A stretch of DNA of 64,000 nucleotides from positions 3,054,907 through 3,118,906 of the forward strand of contig CAVNZM010000001.1 in the NCBI GenBank assembly GCA_963693365.1, given 5' to 3'. How positions within the stretch are numbered: position 1 is the stretch's first letter; every line of letters begins with the position of its first letter. This DNA is from Amoebidium appalachense. Its lineage: Eukaryota; Protista; Ichthyosporea. A program made the position numbers and the translations under genes. The notes under the pieces were generated by a model. The model did not search any database. It worked only from the letters and a program-made list of their open reading frames with translations, and was not told the origin of the DNA. Shown piece after piece: positions 26,476-37,658 of the stretch.

Positions 26476-26781
26476 GTCCGTGAATACAGAAACGGGTCGG
26501 ATCGGGTCGGGTCTGACTCCTGACGGGTCTAAAACAGGTCTATCGGGTCGGGTCTATCTACAATATGCCCCCCCCAGGATCCACCCATTCGGCCCACAAC
26601 CGGGTGGCCACCCACCGACCTCCCCCCTTCCCTTCCCCCCGCCCCACCACCCCCGCTGGCCGGACCCGGCCGGCCGGGTCTGGGGGAAGGCAAATGGGTC
26701 GGATCGGGTCAAACCGGGTCTAAGCTCCAACAGGTCTATAACCGGGTCGGGTAGACCCGCCCCACCCCTGATCACAGCCTG
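26476..26781. mobile_element. hAT-like non-autonomous element fragment with iterated (ATC)GGGTC subterminal repeats
   Basis: More than ten CGGGTC/GACCCG motifs in two duplicated blocks (about 26490-26556 and 26695-26758) flank a C-rich core. No paired TIR or 8-bp TSD could be established. Confidence 0.45.
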
Positions 26782-28974
26782 AAATTTTTGATGCACTTAT
26801 TAGTTAGTCTCCAAGGCCAGCGGTCATCTCCTCTCCTTTTCTCCTATTGGTGTCTTCTATAGTGAATACCGAGATCTATACTTCCTGCATTTGGATTGGC
26901 TCCTTGAACCATTTGGAATAGTTGCCCTCCTCTGGTGAGGGAACAGCCAATCAGCGTGCTATTTTATGGACACAACGAGCCAATCGGTGCGTTCTCCAAA
27001 ACGCGTGGTCTCTGAGAGACGCAGGCCGGAGTGCGCGCTGCTCGGCCACTTTATTTTCTTTCTTTTTCTTTTTTTTGAGCAATAACGTAGCTGCCGAACC
27101 TTCCCCTCCATCCCGGGCACGGGCAAACCCGAACCTTCAACCTATGCCACGTACCGGAAAAGATGACATCAGATGACCCTCTGTCCGGACTCCGTCCTCT
27201 CTCTGCCCAACTATCAGTTACCTATTTCAAACACCGGTTCTCTGAGAGTCTCGTCAATAATCCACCTCCTACAGAATTGCAGAGGGTGGGAACATTCCTC
27301 TGCATGCATGTGGGATAAAAAATTTCCGCGCGCCGGCTAAACTTTTACTAGTAAAGTCTTACTTTACCACGTGGGCCAGAGCCTGGCAAGTTGGTGTTAG
27401 CGAAAATTTAGTATGTATTTTCCGGCATATCTACAGTAGTTGTGTAGCGACTTCATGGTGTTTTCGTCGGCTTGGGTGCACATGTGTACGGATTGAGCCT
27501 TAGACCAGACACGTGTGGGGGCCGGATGGTCTTTCCTGAAATTTGAGCGGCACACATGGTTTGCCAAAGTGCCGATTCGCGCCAGTGCCAGGTGTCAGAA
27601 GAAGAGGATGATCGTGTGTACATGTAGTGCAAAGTCAGGCTCAGGGCCTTTATTTTCTAGACAAAACAATACTTCAATGGCCTTTGCAAAGTTTGCACAC
27701 TATGCATATGGTGGAAGGAGGTCAAGACCGTCACAATACGATGCAATACGGTGGTGTCAGTAGGCTGAAAGTGTGCATTATTCTGCGTGTTTCGATTTTG
27801 ACCATCTGTGTGGTGTCATCTCACAATGTGGATCCGATCTGGCGTTGTGATTGGGAGACAGAATAATTTATTCGCACATTGATCCCACATCGTACACACT
27901 TCGATCATATGGCATGGCTGTGTCAGCCTGGCTGACCGTCGCACGGCCCTCTTTTTTTCAGAGGGGCCGTGGCTGAGGCCACCGGCCGCTTGCGTGAGTC
28001 CTTCGCCTCCTCAGCCCTCGAGCTCCCTTCCCCGGTTCTGGATCCCTCCCTCCCTTCCTCCCTCCCTCGGCCGTCTCTTCTCCCCCCCTCCCCCCCTCCC
28101 CCCCCCCCCCCCCCCCCCCTCCCCCCTCCCCCCCCCCCCCCCCCCCCCCATTTTGTACGAACATTTATGCACTTGACTCTCTGGTTCCCTTTTGCAGGGT
28201 TTACAAATGCACAAGTGCAGAAGTGCATGTACAGTTACTGCATGTTATCAACATGCCTCATAAATCACCATGGTCATGTGCACGCGTGTCACTGCGCAGA
28301 CTACTACTGACTGACTGTACTCCCGGCATCTGCGTGCACTTTTGCTACAGTACTAGTCTGGCGACTGTGAACGGGCTACCGATCCAAACAAACGCGCCGT
28401 CTCCAGCTGATGATGATGATCAGTAGTATGTGTGTATTCTCACACGTGTCTACATGTGCCACGCTATCAGAACACGGTTTCACATGTGGTTCAACGGAGG
28501 CTGAAAGTGCGCCTGTAGATCAGATTTTTGCGTCTGATTTGTGCAGTCATGTGATCACGTGATGGTGCATGCACACTGTGCCGTTATTATGGTGTGAACG
28601 TAAGTCAATTATGTATTACAACCATTGGTGGTTGGGGGCAGCCAGTATGTGCGTGGTGGTCATGCATATATCGATCACCTTGCATATAAATATTATCACG
28701 TGCTTAGTTAAGTTCAGGAACCATATGCATATGGTCATGCACATTGATCCTAGAAGCACATGTGCGTACCCCGTCAATTCAATTGCAAATAGACTCTGCT
28801 GTATGCTGAGGTAGGCCGTTGTATCATTGACTTGAACGAGCGAAGATACTTGTGGATTAGCTGAGCGAGAACGTGACTGACTGACAGCTGCAGCCTGTTG
28901 CATGCATTAACCCCAATGTAATTTGGTGAATCAATCTTGTATCCCGGGAATCTTGGAAAATCGGTCAATTAGGG

Positions 28975-28997
28975 TGATTCACATTAAATGTGAATCA
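28975..28997. repeat. Subterminal palindrome of the piggyBac element (64 bp from the end)
   Basis: TGATTCACATT-A-AATGTGAATCA; its twin is at 34727-34749. Confidence 0.9.
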
Positions 28998-29813
28998 AAC
29001 CCCCTTCAAAAAACAGAGTTTTTTCCCGTATAAATGACCCGGTGGGGTCGAAACTTTGCAAGAGCGAAGTAAACATATATAGTTTTCAAAGCCCCGCGGC
29101 TGGGAATGGGTTGTATATGGACTTTGCGGCGCAGCGAGGGCGTGCTATCGACTGATTGATGTAAGTGTGCTGCCTTGCAATATTGATCCGACCTGAATCG
29201 ATAAATGCTCCAACCAGAGTACTGTATGACGTCATCGTATAAAAACGCCTGGCGCAGGGTCAGTTTTGCACGTGTTACTCTCTTTTTCTCACCATTTTAC
29301 CCTAACGTGACAGGGAACAAGCACATCACAAAAAAACCGTAGAAAAATTCTTGGCGGGGTAGTGGCTTAGTAAGTAATGGTAGGCATTCAACGATTTTGA
29401 GCTTCAATTTACGGAGAACTTTGTAGTGTTTGCGCACCCCATGACTACAATAATTTCTCGGAATGCTTGTTGGTATGGCTTATTTTGCACTTTACGGGTT
29501 CTGGCACCGGGAGGCCATAGGCCTGAGCCAAGAAAAACGTCAAACTTGTTACAAATGCGTGCCAAAGATGCATACTTTAAACGTTCACGTTGTTGCTTTT
29601 GCACCACAGGTGCATTTTTCGTTTGAGAAACATTGACATCAGCTTTCAAATTCGTTTTTTTCGGTACACACACTTCAAATAACCCTTTTAGCATCTAGTT
29701 ACCACAAACAGTTTCGAAGAAACGAATAAAAACCAAACAAATCACCCCTAATCCGAAAACGACAAATGAGTGTTGCGCAATGTACAGAAACTGACCAGTG
29801 GGCAGAAGGTACT

Positions 29814-31847
29814 TTAACGTGTAGTGTTTCTGCGTGATCGTACCGGGCCTGTGTTTGTGTTGACTTGGGTGCGTGTGCGTGGAGGAACACCATGTGTGAT
29901 GTGGTTTTCGAAGCATGCACGTGTTTGATCATTGCAGAGAAACACATTACACTTGATGCAGTAGGTATGTGTCTGGTGGCGTTCCCCTTTGTTCCTAAAG
30001 CAGAGAACGCATCTACCTTTTCTTTCTTTTCTGGCACGCTGGTGTCCGTGTAGAGCATGGGGGGCAGGAGCAGCAGGGGGAAGGGGGTATTCTAGTGCAG
30101 GCAGGTGGGGGTTGCATATGAGTGCTTCTGCTAGCTCACGCCTTGTGTCCATGCTCGTGTTTGTGGATTTGCCAAAGTATCTGTATGCAAAGTGTACGTT
30201 TGCTACTACAAACCCCAGAAGCCCCCCAAAGGTGCGGAGTTGGTGACGTTTAGTGCCCAAGGCTTCGTCCACAGAGCCGTTTAACATTCGTGTTTTGTTG
30301 AATATATCGGCCATGTTGTAGTTTTCGAAGTATTCTTCGACTGCTTTCGGTTGGGGGACGTCATTTCCGTTTCGTGATTTTCTCGGTTGACCCGGCTGAG
30401 TACTTGAACATGAGGTGATCACTTTCATACTGTAGTTCTTGTTTCTCCATAACACCGCAACGAGGTCTACTCCGTCCACACTGCACACTGCCTCCGACCA
30501 TACACCACGTCCTTCCTCACATAGAAGGTCCAACATGTTGAGGGGAAAGTCTCTGGTTGCGGTTTTGACATTGAAAAGTGCGTAGAATCCGATTTTGTAC
30601 ACTTCCCTTGTCCCGGTTACTGACCCAAACCAGCTGTCTCCGACGATCGTTCTGGGGTTACGGTGGGTGGGGTTGGCCCTTGGGGTTAGAAGACGCAAGG
30701 TGGTGCCTGTTCCAGCTCCCAACTGTCGGTACGGTTTGCTTGCCATCCTAAGCTTCCCCTCGTTCATTTCGAAGTTAATGAGTATGTTGGTTACACAGTC
30801 GTGTAGAGTTTTTATTTCTTGACCGAGAGGGTGGGGTTTTCGTTTTATATAGATTTGGCACGGAAGGTTGCAATGATAGCTGGCAAAGATGGCCTCGTCT
30901 TCGCATAATTCATCCCCGGGCTCGATAGAGCAACGGCACCGACTCTGCAGTGCTTCCATGAAACAGCGTGTGTCTTTCAGTGGATCATCCTCCGGATATT
31001 GAGTGATGTCGGTGACGGTAAAGCAGGCACGGATGTTTTCGAACCGGTGTTCGGTCATGAAGCGGGCAAAGTCGTGTACGGGAAATATGTGGCTTGGGTT
31101 CTCTGCTGCCGACGTCCAGTAGTTCGATCTCGAGCCGGGTTCGAATGTTCCAGCCATGTAAATCCACATACCCAACCACCTAAGTAGCTCACCCGGGGTT
31201 AAGTCAACCCAATTTTTGTAACGTGCACGACCTACTTCGTTTGTGAGTGGAATGACTGCTGTGAAGAGATACTCCATAGGCATGAAGTGTTCAAACAAAC
31301 ACAGAACACTCTTGCGCTTGTTTAGTGCTAGTGGAATGGTTGGTTTTCTGCGTGGGCCTGTTCTTTTGTCAAGTACTTGCTCATCTGGAATGGTCCATTG
31401 CAAGGTGCACGTGGGGTCGGTGGGGGTAGGTAACTCTACTTGTTCATCTACAAGTTCTATCTCATCTTCATTCTCACTGTCTGTGACAGGAATCTCTACT
31501 TGTTGGATGTCTCCATCTGGATCTTCGTCACTATCACTCTCTAGCTCGCTACTTGTGTGTTCACTGTCTTCTTCATCTATTAAAGTTAGCTGATGGCGCA
31601 GAACTACTTCTGTGGTACCGTCAAAATCAAACTTTACTTTCCATTCACTGCCTTCGTTTGTCTTGCATCGTTTCACTACTGTGCCAACCAGTATTTGTGT
31701 GTCCCAACTCAGGCCGAACTTCTTGTAAGACCAACGTGTGGTGTCATCTGTGAAATCTTCCCCCTGAACCCCGTCAAATATGTATGCAAAACAACAGACA
31801 CGAGCTCCAGAATAAAGTGACTCTATTGGGTCTAATGTTTTGGCCAT
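29814..31847 (-). CDS. piggyBac-like DDD transposase, 677 aa, intact and intronless
   Basis: Catalytic Asp motifs LCEDEAI (codon 30899-30897), IVGDSWF (30638-30636) and NMADIFN (30308-30306). YIKRKPHPLG motif and an acidic N-terminal tract. C-terminal Cys-rich domain RCVLC...THTYCIKCNVFLC...CFENH. Confidence 0.93.
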   Translation of the reverse strand: MAKTLDPIESLYSGARVCCFAYIFDGVQGEDFTDDTTRWSYKKFGLSWDTQILVGTVVKRCKTNEGSEWKVKFDFDGTTEVVLRHQLTLIDEEDSEHTSSELESDSDEDPDGDIQQVEIPVTDSENEDEIELVDEQVELPTPTDPTCTLQWTIPDEQVLDKRTGPRRKPTIPLALNKRKSVLCLFEHFMPMEYLFTAVIPLTNEVGRARYKNWVDLTPGELLRWLGMWIYMAGTFEPGSRSNYWTSAAENPSHIFPVHDFARFMTEHRFENIRACFTVTDITQYPEDDPLKDTRCFMEALQSRCRCSIEPGDELCEDEAIFASYHCNLPCQIYIKRKPHPLGQEIKTLHDCVTNILINFEMNEGKLRMASKPYRQLGAGTGTTLRLLTPRANPTHRNPRTIVGDSWFGSVTGTREVYKIGFYALFNVKTATRDFPLNMLDLLCEEGRGVWSEAVCSVDGVDLVAVLWRNKNYSMKVITSCSSTQPGQPRKSRNGNDVPQPKAVEEYFENYNMADIFNKTRMLNGSVDEALGTKRHQLRTFGGLLGFVVANVHFAYRYFGKSTNTSMDTRRELAEALICNPHLPALEYPLPPAAPAPHALHGHQRARKERKGRCVLCFRNKGERHQTHTYCIKCNVFLCNDQTRACFENHITHGVPPRTRTQVNTNTGPVRSRRNTTR

Positions 31848-31922
31848 GTTGGGCGCTCATCTTTCACATGAAACCCATGGCTTGTTGTGTTCGCGGACTC
31901 AGCAAGTTTCGTCCGTTTGATC

Positions 31923-32393
31923 ATGAATCATGTTGTTGTCGAGCATGAATTCAAAAACTTGCAACAGCGTCGGCAACCAATAAAAGCTAGGGAAGGCCTT
32001 GTTAGTTACCGTACCAAAGACAAAAAAGGTGTAAACTTATGTTTTCTTACTGGCTGTACAAAAAAAAGCGGGCTCCTGGGCCCCAATAGCTCGCGGTATC
32101 CTTCCGAAACAAGCATTCCTAAAGTACTGCGGTCAGAGTACTTATGGCCGCTAAGTTCTCCGATCAGAGTACATTTCGGATGCATCAATATGTTACCTCA
32201 TAATGAGCTTCTGAACAGCGTTTCATCTATTGAGCTTTACACCCCTCGAAGACTGAAAACCATTGGTTGTTACACAAAGGAAAACCATATATGGTGTTTA
32301 GACGTAGCCTTTTTTGGCTCTTGTAAACAAAGCAACGCACCGTGGCCCCTTAAAAGAGCTGCACGTAGATCATCTTCCCATACCCGTGATTGA
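31923..32393 (+). CDS. Passenger ORF A inside the piggyBac element (156 aa) with a THAP-like Cys/His motif
   Basis: Non-repetitive ORF starting 75 bp from the transposase ATG in the opposite direction. Contains CFLTGC-x38-HFGC with RYP and W in between. Confidence 0.45.
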   Translation: MNHVVVEHEFKNLQQRRQPIKAREGLVSYRTKDKKGVNLCFLTGCTKKSGLLGPNSSRYPSETSIPKVLRSEYLWPLSSPIRVHFGCINMLPHNELLNSVSSIELYTPRRLKTIGCYTKENHIWCLDVAFFGSCKQSNAPWPLKRAARRSSSHTRD

Positions 32394-32465
32394 ATTGCAC
32401 CGTTATAATGTCACTTCTCCTTGATATATACCAGTAGTTGGTGTCTCTTACAATGCACACAAAGA

Positions 32466-32912
32466 ATGGACGGGGGCATGGAACTTGGTGATGGCAGTGG
32501 TGTGGGGTTCGAAGCAGGGGCACTTGACTCGGATTTCTTTGACAATATTTTTTCCGACGATAGCACACAGAGTGATACAGAAGACAGCGAGGCTACAAAG
32601 GATACCGCTCTCTCAGGGAAATGGCGTATTTTTGACCCCAAGCAAGTAGACATAACATTCAAAGCAGACGATATTGAAAACAGGCTCCTAGACACGTTCA
32701 GGCGCAAGTCCAGTAATCCAAACGTCAAATCCTGCTTCGATAAATGGCACACGAACAAGGATATCAAAACACCTGAATACTGGGCAGATTACGAGCCTCA
32801 GTAGACACGGTGGTCGCAGTGTGAAATGATTGGTTAAGTTAGAGTCACGTCACTTGCAGGCTTTGCTGTTACCAAAGAGTTCTTCTTGTGTTTTTTCCTT
32901 CACCTCCCCCCC

Positions 32913-32948
<36 letters not shown>

Positions 32949-32992
32949 TTTTTTTTTTTGGCTGTGTGTGTGTGTGTGTGTGTGTGTGTGCC

Positions 32993-33045
<53 letters not shown>

Positions 33046-33737
33046 CCCTGTGTGTGTGTGTGTGTATGCGTGTGTGGTGGTGGTGTATGATGGTGGTGGT
33101 GGTGGGGGGGGGGGGGGGGGGGAGGGGGAGGGCTCGGGAGGGGGGGGGGGGGGGGGGATTGCCTATGATACCCAAGTTAACCGTTAGAGGGACTGTTGTA
33201 ATTTCAAGTGTAAGACACTTAATAGTTCAAATTTCGTGGTCTTCTACTACTGTAAATATAAGTTCTTGTGTTGCTAAGATCAGAGTGTACCAGTATCACA
33301 GTTATTTTTCGGAACACTATGTAAAACTTTGTTTAGACATTTAGAAGGAGCTTCAAGCTGAGTTACTGTATCATTGAATAAAAATTTTGTGTGAACGTGA
33401 AATTGCGAGTGTACGCAAACCTGCATGTCCGACCATTTATTATGGCAATCTACAAATTTGGACACTTGTTCACTATATAAGACATGGGAAAGAACCAGCA
33501 AAACATGCAGCTCGCCTGGCTGAGTATGTGCATACGTTTGCCCCCCCTCCCCCCCCTCCCCCCCCCCCCCCCCCCTCCCCTCCCCTCCCTCCCTCCCTCC
33601 CTCTCTCTAATAACAACAACAACATCCGCCTGACCACACACACGCGATACTGCCATCACCCAACCGTGACAGTAACCACCGAACACACACACACAAACAA
33701 CACACTGTTACACACACACACATGTACACACGCACTG

Positions 33738-33835
<98 letters not shown>

Positions 33836-34034
33836 CACACACACACGCACACACACACACGCAAACACACACACACAGGCACACACACACATACTTGTAC
33901 ACACACACACACCCGACCGTGCACACACATACACACATACACAGACATATACACACACACTGCACGCACATGCACACACACACACACACACTACACACAC
34001 ACCGTTGCACACACACACACGCACACACACATGT

Positions 34035-34075
<41 letters not shown>

Positions 34076-34200
34076 GGTGCACACACATGCACACATGTAT
34101 ACACACACACACACACACAGTGCCACACCAATGTTCACCATAATGACACACACATCATAGTCGCACACACACGCACACTAACACACACGTTCTGCGAACA

Positions 34201-34231
<31 letters not shown>

Positions 34232-34447
34232 GCGCGCACACACACACCGTACACACATGTGCACACCGCCACACACACACACACACACACACATACACCC
34301 ACCCACCCGGCACCCACCCACCCACCCACTCACACACATGCGCGCACACACACACCTACAGACACACGCTATTCATTTGGCAGGCACTATGACATGCCGG
34401 CATTAAAAGCCCTCGCACGCTGCACGTGTCACTTAGTCACTAATTAG
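32466..34447 (+). pseudogene. Passenger gene B inside the piggyBac element; spliced model with one in-frame TGA
   Basis: Phase-compatible exons 32466-32800, 33188-33209, 33345-33523 and 34384-34447 with GT-AG introns. Acidic N-terminus (DSDFFDNIFSDDSTQSDTEDSE). TGA at 33375-33377 in KELQAELLYH*IKILCERE. Confidence 0.5.
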
Positions 34448-34726
34448 TATGATATGTCGGATCACGTGGCCCCCCCGGCTGGCGCGGCCGCGATCCAGTG
34501 TGAGTCGCGACTCGAAGTCGCGAATTGATTCACATTGTTTTCAGATTGATTCCCATTGTTTGGAGCTCGCACCACCTCTCGAACGTCTCTAAGTAACATG
34601 AAAAATATAGACATAAACACCGAAGAAAAATTATATGGGCGTTTTTTTGACTACCAAAACTAAGTTTTTGCTTAAGTAACATGTATTTTTTGACCACAGG
34701 GTAAAAATTGAGAAGCGCCACAAAAT

Positions 34727-34749
34727 TGATTCACATTCAATGTGAATCA
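34727..34749. repeat. Subterminal palindrome of the piggyBac element (17 bp from the end)
   Basis: TGATTCACATT-C-AATGTGAATCA; an extra half-site TTGATTCACATT lies near 34525. Confidence 0.9.
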
Positions 34750-35661
34750 TCCGGACTACAGGGGGGTTAAGGGGGTTTCTTTTAGGCTGATTAATTGTCC
34801 CCATTCCAGCACTTCCGGGTCAAGCCATTTGTTCAGCATATGAATCATGATATGAACTGCAATATTCTTTCTAGCGCTTTAGTATTATTATTCCCTTCTG
34901 TGTTATATTTTTTTCCATTTTCTTTTTCTTTTTTGTTGTAATATGGAGCATTTGTACCTTGCTGCCGGCAAAACGATGGCGCGCAGCTGATGCGCAGCAT
35001 GCCAATCATATAGCTAGAATCCCCTCTGACCCGACCCGGCCCGAAATGCTAAAAGAAACCCCCTTAAGTATGCACCATAATATTTGCACCCACAAAATGT
35101 TGACATCTCGGCCATGCCCGTGCTACATACATATTTGTGGATTCATTTATTCATGGCCGGACGGTCCCAGAGCAAGTCGTTACAACGTTATGACCCAATC
35201 ACAAGTAACAATTAAATACGACTCACCACTCTACATGATAAAGCGCCCCTTTGATAAAGCGCCTCCCCAGAATGCTACGCATTAACTCCTTTATAAGTAA
35301 TAGGTTAACTGAAATGAAAATATGAACATGTACTCCGGTCCGTGACCCCCCATGGCCACGACATGATCAGTTCACATATGATGGCGCAGGGATTAAGGGG
35401 GGAACCAATAGCTCTAGTAAAGCCGTGCGAAGCACCCCCCACCCAGGAAAACCCCCGAGTTTGTTTATTCTTCCAAGGCGAAATTTCTGAACGATTGCGA
35501 GCGGTTTGCAAATTAAGGATCACACACAAAGAGGCCAATACAGCTTAGGCCTAGGTATGGGGATTTTTGCTGGTGTTTGCTCAGTATATCCCCTTGCCTT
35601 TATATCACATACGGAGAATCAGGTGGCCGCACATAAAAAACCCCACGTGCAAAAATATTCC

Positions 35662-35743
35662 AAAATCATCCGCAATCTAATTTCGCATTCGATATTTTGT
35701 AGCTTGACTCGGAAATACTTATCAACGATGATCTCTCCTCCCC

Positions 35744-35785
<42 letters not shown>

Positions 35786-35794
35786 ACACACACA

Positions 35795-35829
<35 letters not shown>

Positions 35830-35982
35830 AAGTGATTTTGCCAACTATTTAAATGGGGTTGCTTATTGTTGTTGTGTAGCACAGTAGCTGGAGCCCTGGC
35901 TTGATCCCCGCCCACGGGTACTAACGTATTTGATAGAACTTGCGTTGAGGGTGGGCTAGAGGGAAATGGGGGGGGGAGGGGG

Positions 35983-36029
<47 letters not shown>

Positions 36030-36322
36030 CTATTAGACGGGAGTTGGAGGACGGAAAACTTCAGGTTGAATCACGGGCTGCAGACTGATGGTGGCTTAAA
36101 TTTGCGCCCCGGGTGGAGGGGGGGGAGGGGGGAGGTTGTGGTTAGATGATAAAAATACTTGCATCGGATAGTAATTAAGGCGCGGACTCCGAGAGGGTTT
36201 AGCTGATGATTTGAGGGTCCACATGTGGCTGTTGATTAGAGGTATCTTCCAAATTTAAAATCATCCGTAATCATTTTTGCATTCAATGTTTTGTAGCTGG
36301 ACTCGGAGATTCTTGACCATGA

Positions 36323-36359
<37 letters not shown>

Positions 36360-36383
36360 GAGTTGGAGGGTGTGTGTGTGTGT

Positions 36384-36421
<38 letters not shown>

Positions 36422-36905
36422 GAGGGGGGGGGCAAAGTGATGCCAGCTATTTAGATGGGGCTGCTAATGTATTGTTTTGTAGCACAGTAGCCGGAGCCTG
36501 GGTTGATCAAGTACCACAGGTAGACGTATTTGATGCACAAAGTCTTGGGAAGGGGGTGGGACCGTGGGAGGTGGGGTGGGGTGGGGTGGGTGTCGGTGGG
36601 TGGGGGGGGGGAGAGAGAGAGAGAGGGAAGAAGGGGGGTGGGGGGAGGGAGGGGATGGGGAGGCTATTAGACGGGAGTTGGAGGACGGAAACCTTCAGGT
36701 TGAGTCACGGGCTGCAGACTAGGTGATGGTGGCTTCGGCGGGGGGGGGGGGGGGGGGGGGGGGGGGGAGGGGGGGAGGGGGGAGGGGGAGGAGGGGGAGG
36801 AGGGGAAGAGGGGGAAGGTTGTGGTTAGATGTTGAAAGTACATGCATTGGATAGTAAATAGGGCGCGGAGAGGGTTTGGCTGTAGATTTCAGGGTCCACA
36901 TGTGC
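35662..36905. repeat. Diverged tandem duplication, unit about 600 bp, two copies
   Basis: Collinear blocks AAAATCATCCG..., GCAAAGTGAT..., TAGCACAGTAGC..., TATTAGACGGGAGTTGGAGGACGGAAA..., GGTTGTGGTTAGATG... and AGGGTCCACATGTG occur in both 35662-36256 and 36257-36905. Confidence 0.9.
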
Positions 36906-37625
36906 AAACTGAGAAGAGAGAATCGTATGAAAAGGGCATTTGAGTAAACACCTCCCCCCCCTATGGACGTTGTACATAGAAAGTCTGGCATACGAGTTGG
37001 GCACGGGGGATGGGGGAGGGGAGGCACGGGATGGTTGTTGAGCAGTGACCAAGGTCTCCCAGGTGGAGGAGGAAGGTAAAGGGAGGGGAGGGGGGGGGGG
37101 GGGGGGGGGTGGAGGGGGGGGGGGGGGAGGGGGAAGGAGGAGTAGGGCACATATAATATTACATAGTTATACATGTAGGGTTTGTGGGACCATTGCACTT
37201 TAACTTGGGCAGGTTCCTCTGGTCAATTCGGTGACACGATAAATGGGCCCCTTGCCGCATGTACACATACAAAGCTTATAAGGTGGGCTGAGGTGTTCAG
37301 GGTTAATTTCGGAAGGATGCTAAAAGGAACGTTCACGCACCAATGCAGATATCGAGTGAGCTAACTGCCTATATAAAAGTTTCTATAAATAAAAAAAAGA
37401 GTGGATATTGTCATGCCGGATACATATGGCAGTTAAAGGAGCGGGTCACGCCAATTCAAATATGGCAGCCGTTGATCTTGCAACCGCCTTAACCCCGAAT
37501 TCACAAACTCAATGTTTTGGTTCCTGCCTGGTAAACCTATATCCGAAGTGCTGCTTTGAGCAATCACTCAACATGTATGTATTGGTCGTTTGCCTGTACA
37601 TCTCGCATGTGCATTTCAAATGTTC

Positions 37626-37658
<33 letters not shown>

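Larger units (their letters stand above)
28911..34766 (-). mobile_element. piggyBac-superfamily DNA transposon, 5856 bp, TTAA target-site duplication
   Basis: TTAA at 28907-28910 and 34767-34770. Termini CCCCAATGTAAT and (reverse complement) CCCCCCTGTAGT. The 23-bp palindrome TGATTCACATTNAATGTGAATCA occurs at 28975-28997 and 34727-34749, and an internal transposase ORF is present. Confidence 0.92.

Noticed and set aside
29404-29694. 96-aa minus-strand ORF downstream of the transposase
   Set aside because: It has no recognisable motif and overlapping ORFs exist on both strands; it is likely the element's 3' non-coding region.
33375-33377. In-frame TGA as evidence of stop-codon reassignment or selenocysteine
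   Set aside because: Host genes and the transposase use TGG for Trp and contain no internal stops, and no SECIS was identified. A point mutation or an imperfect gene model is simpler.
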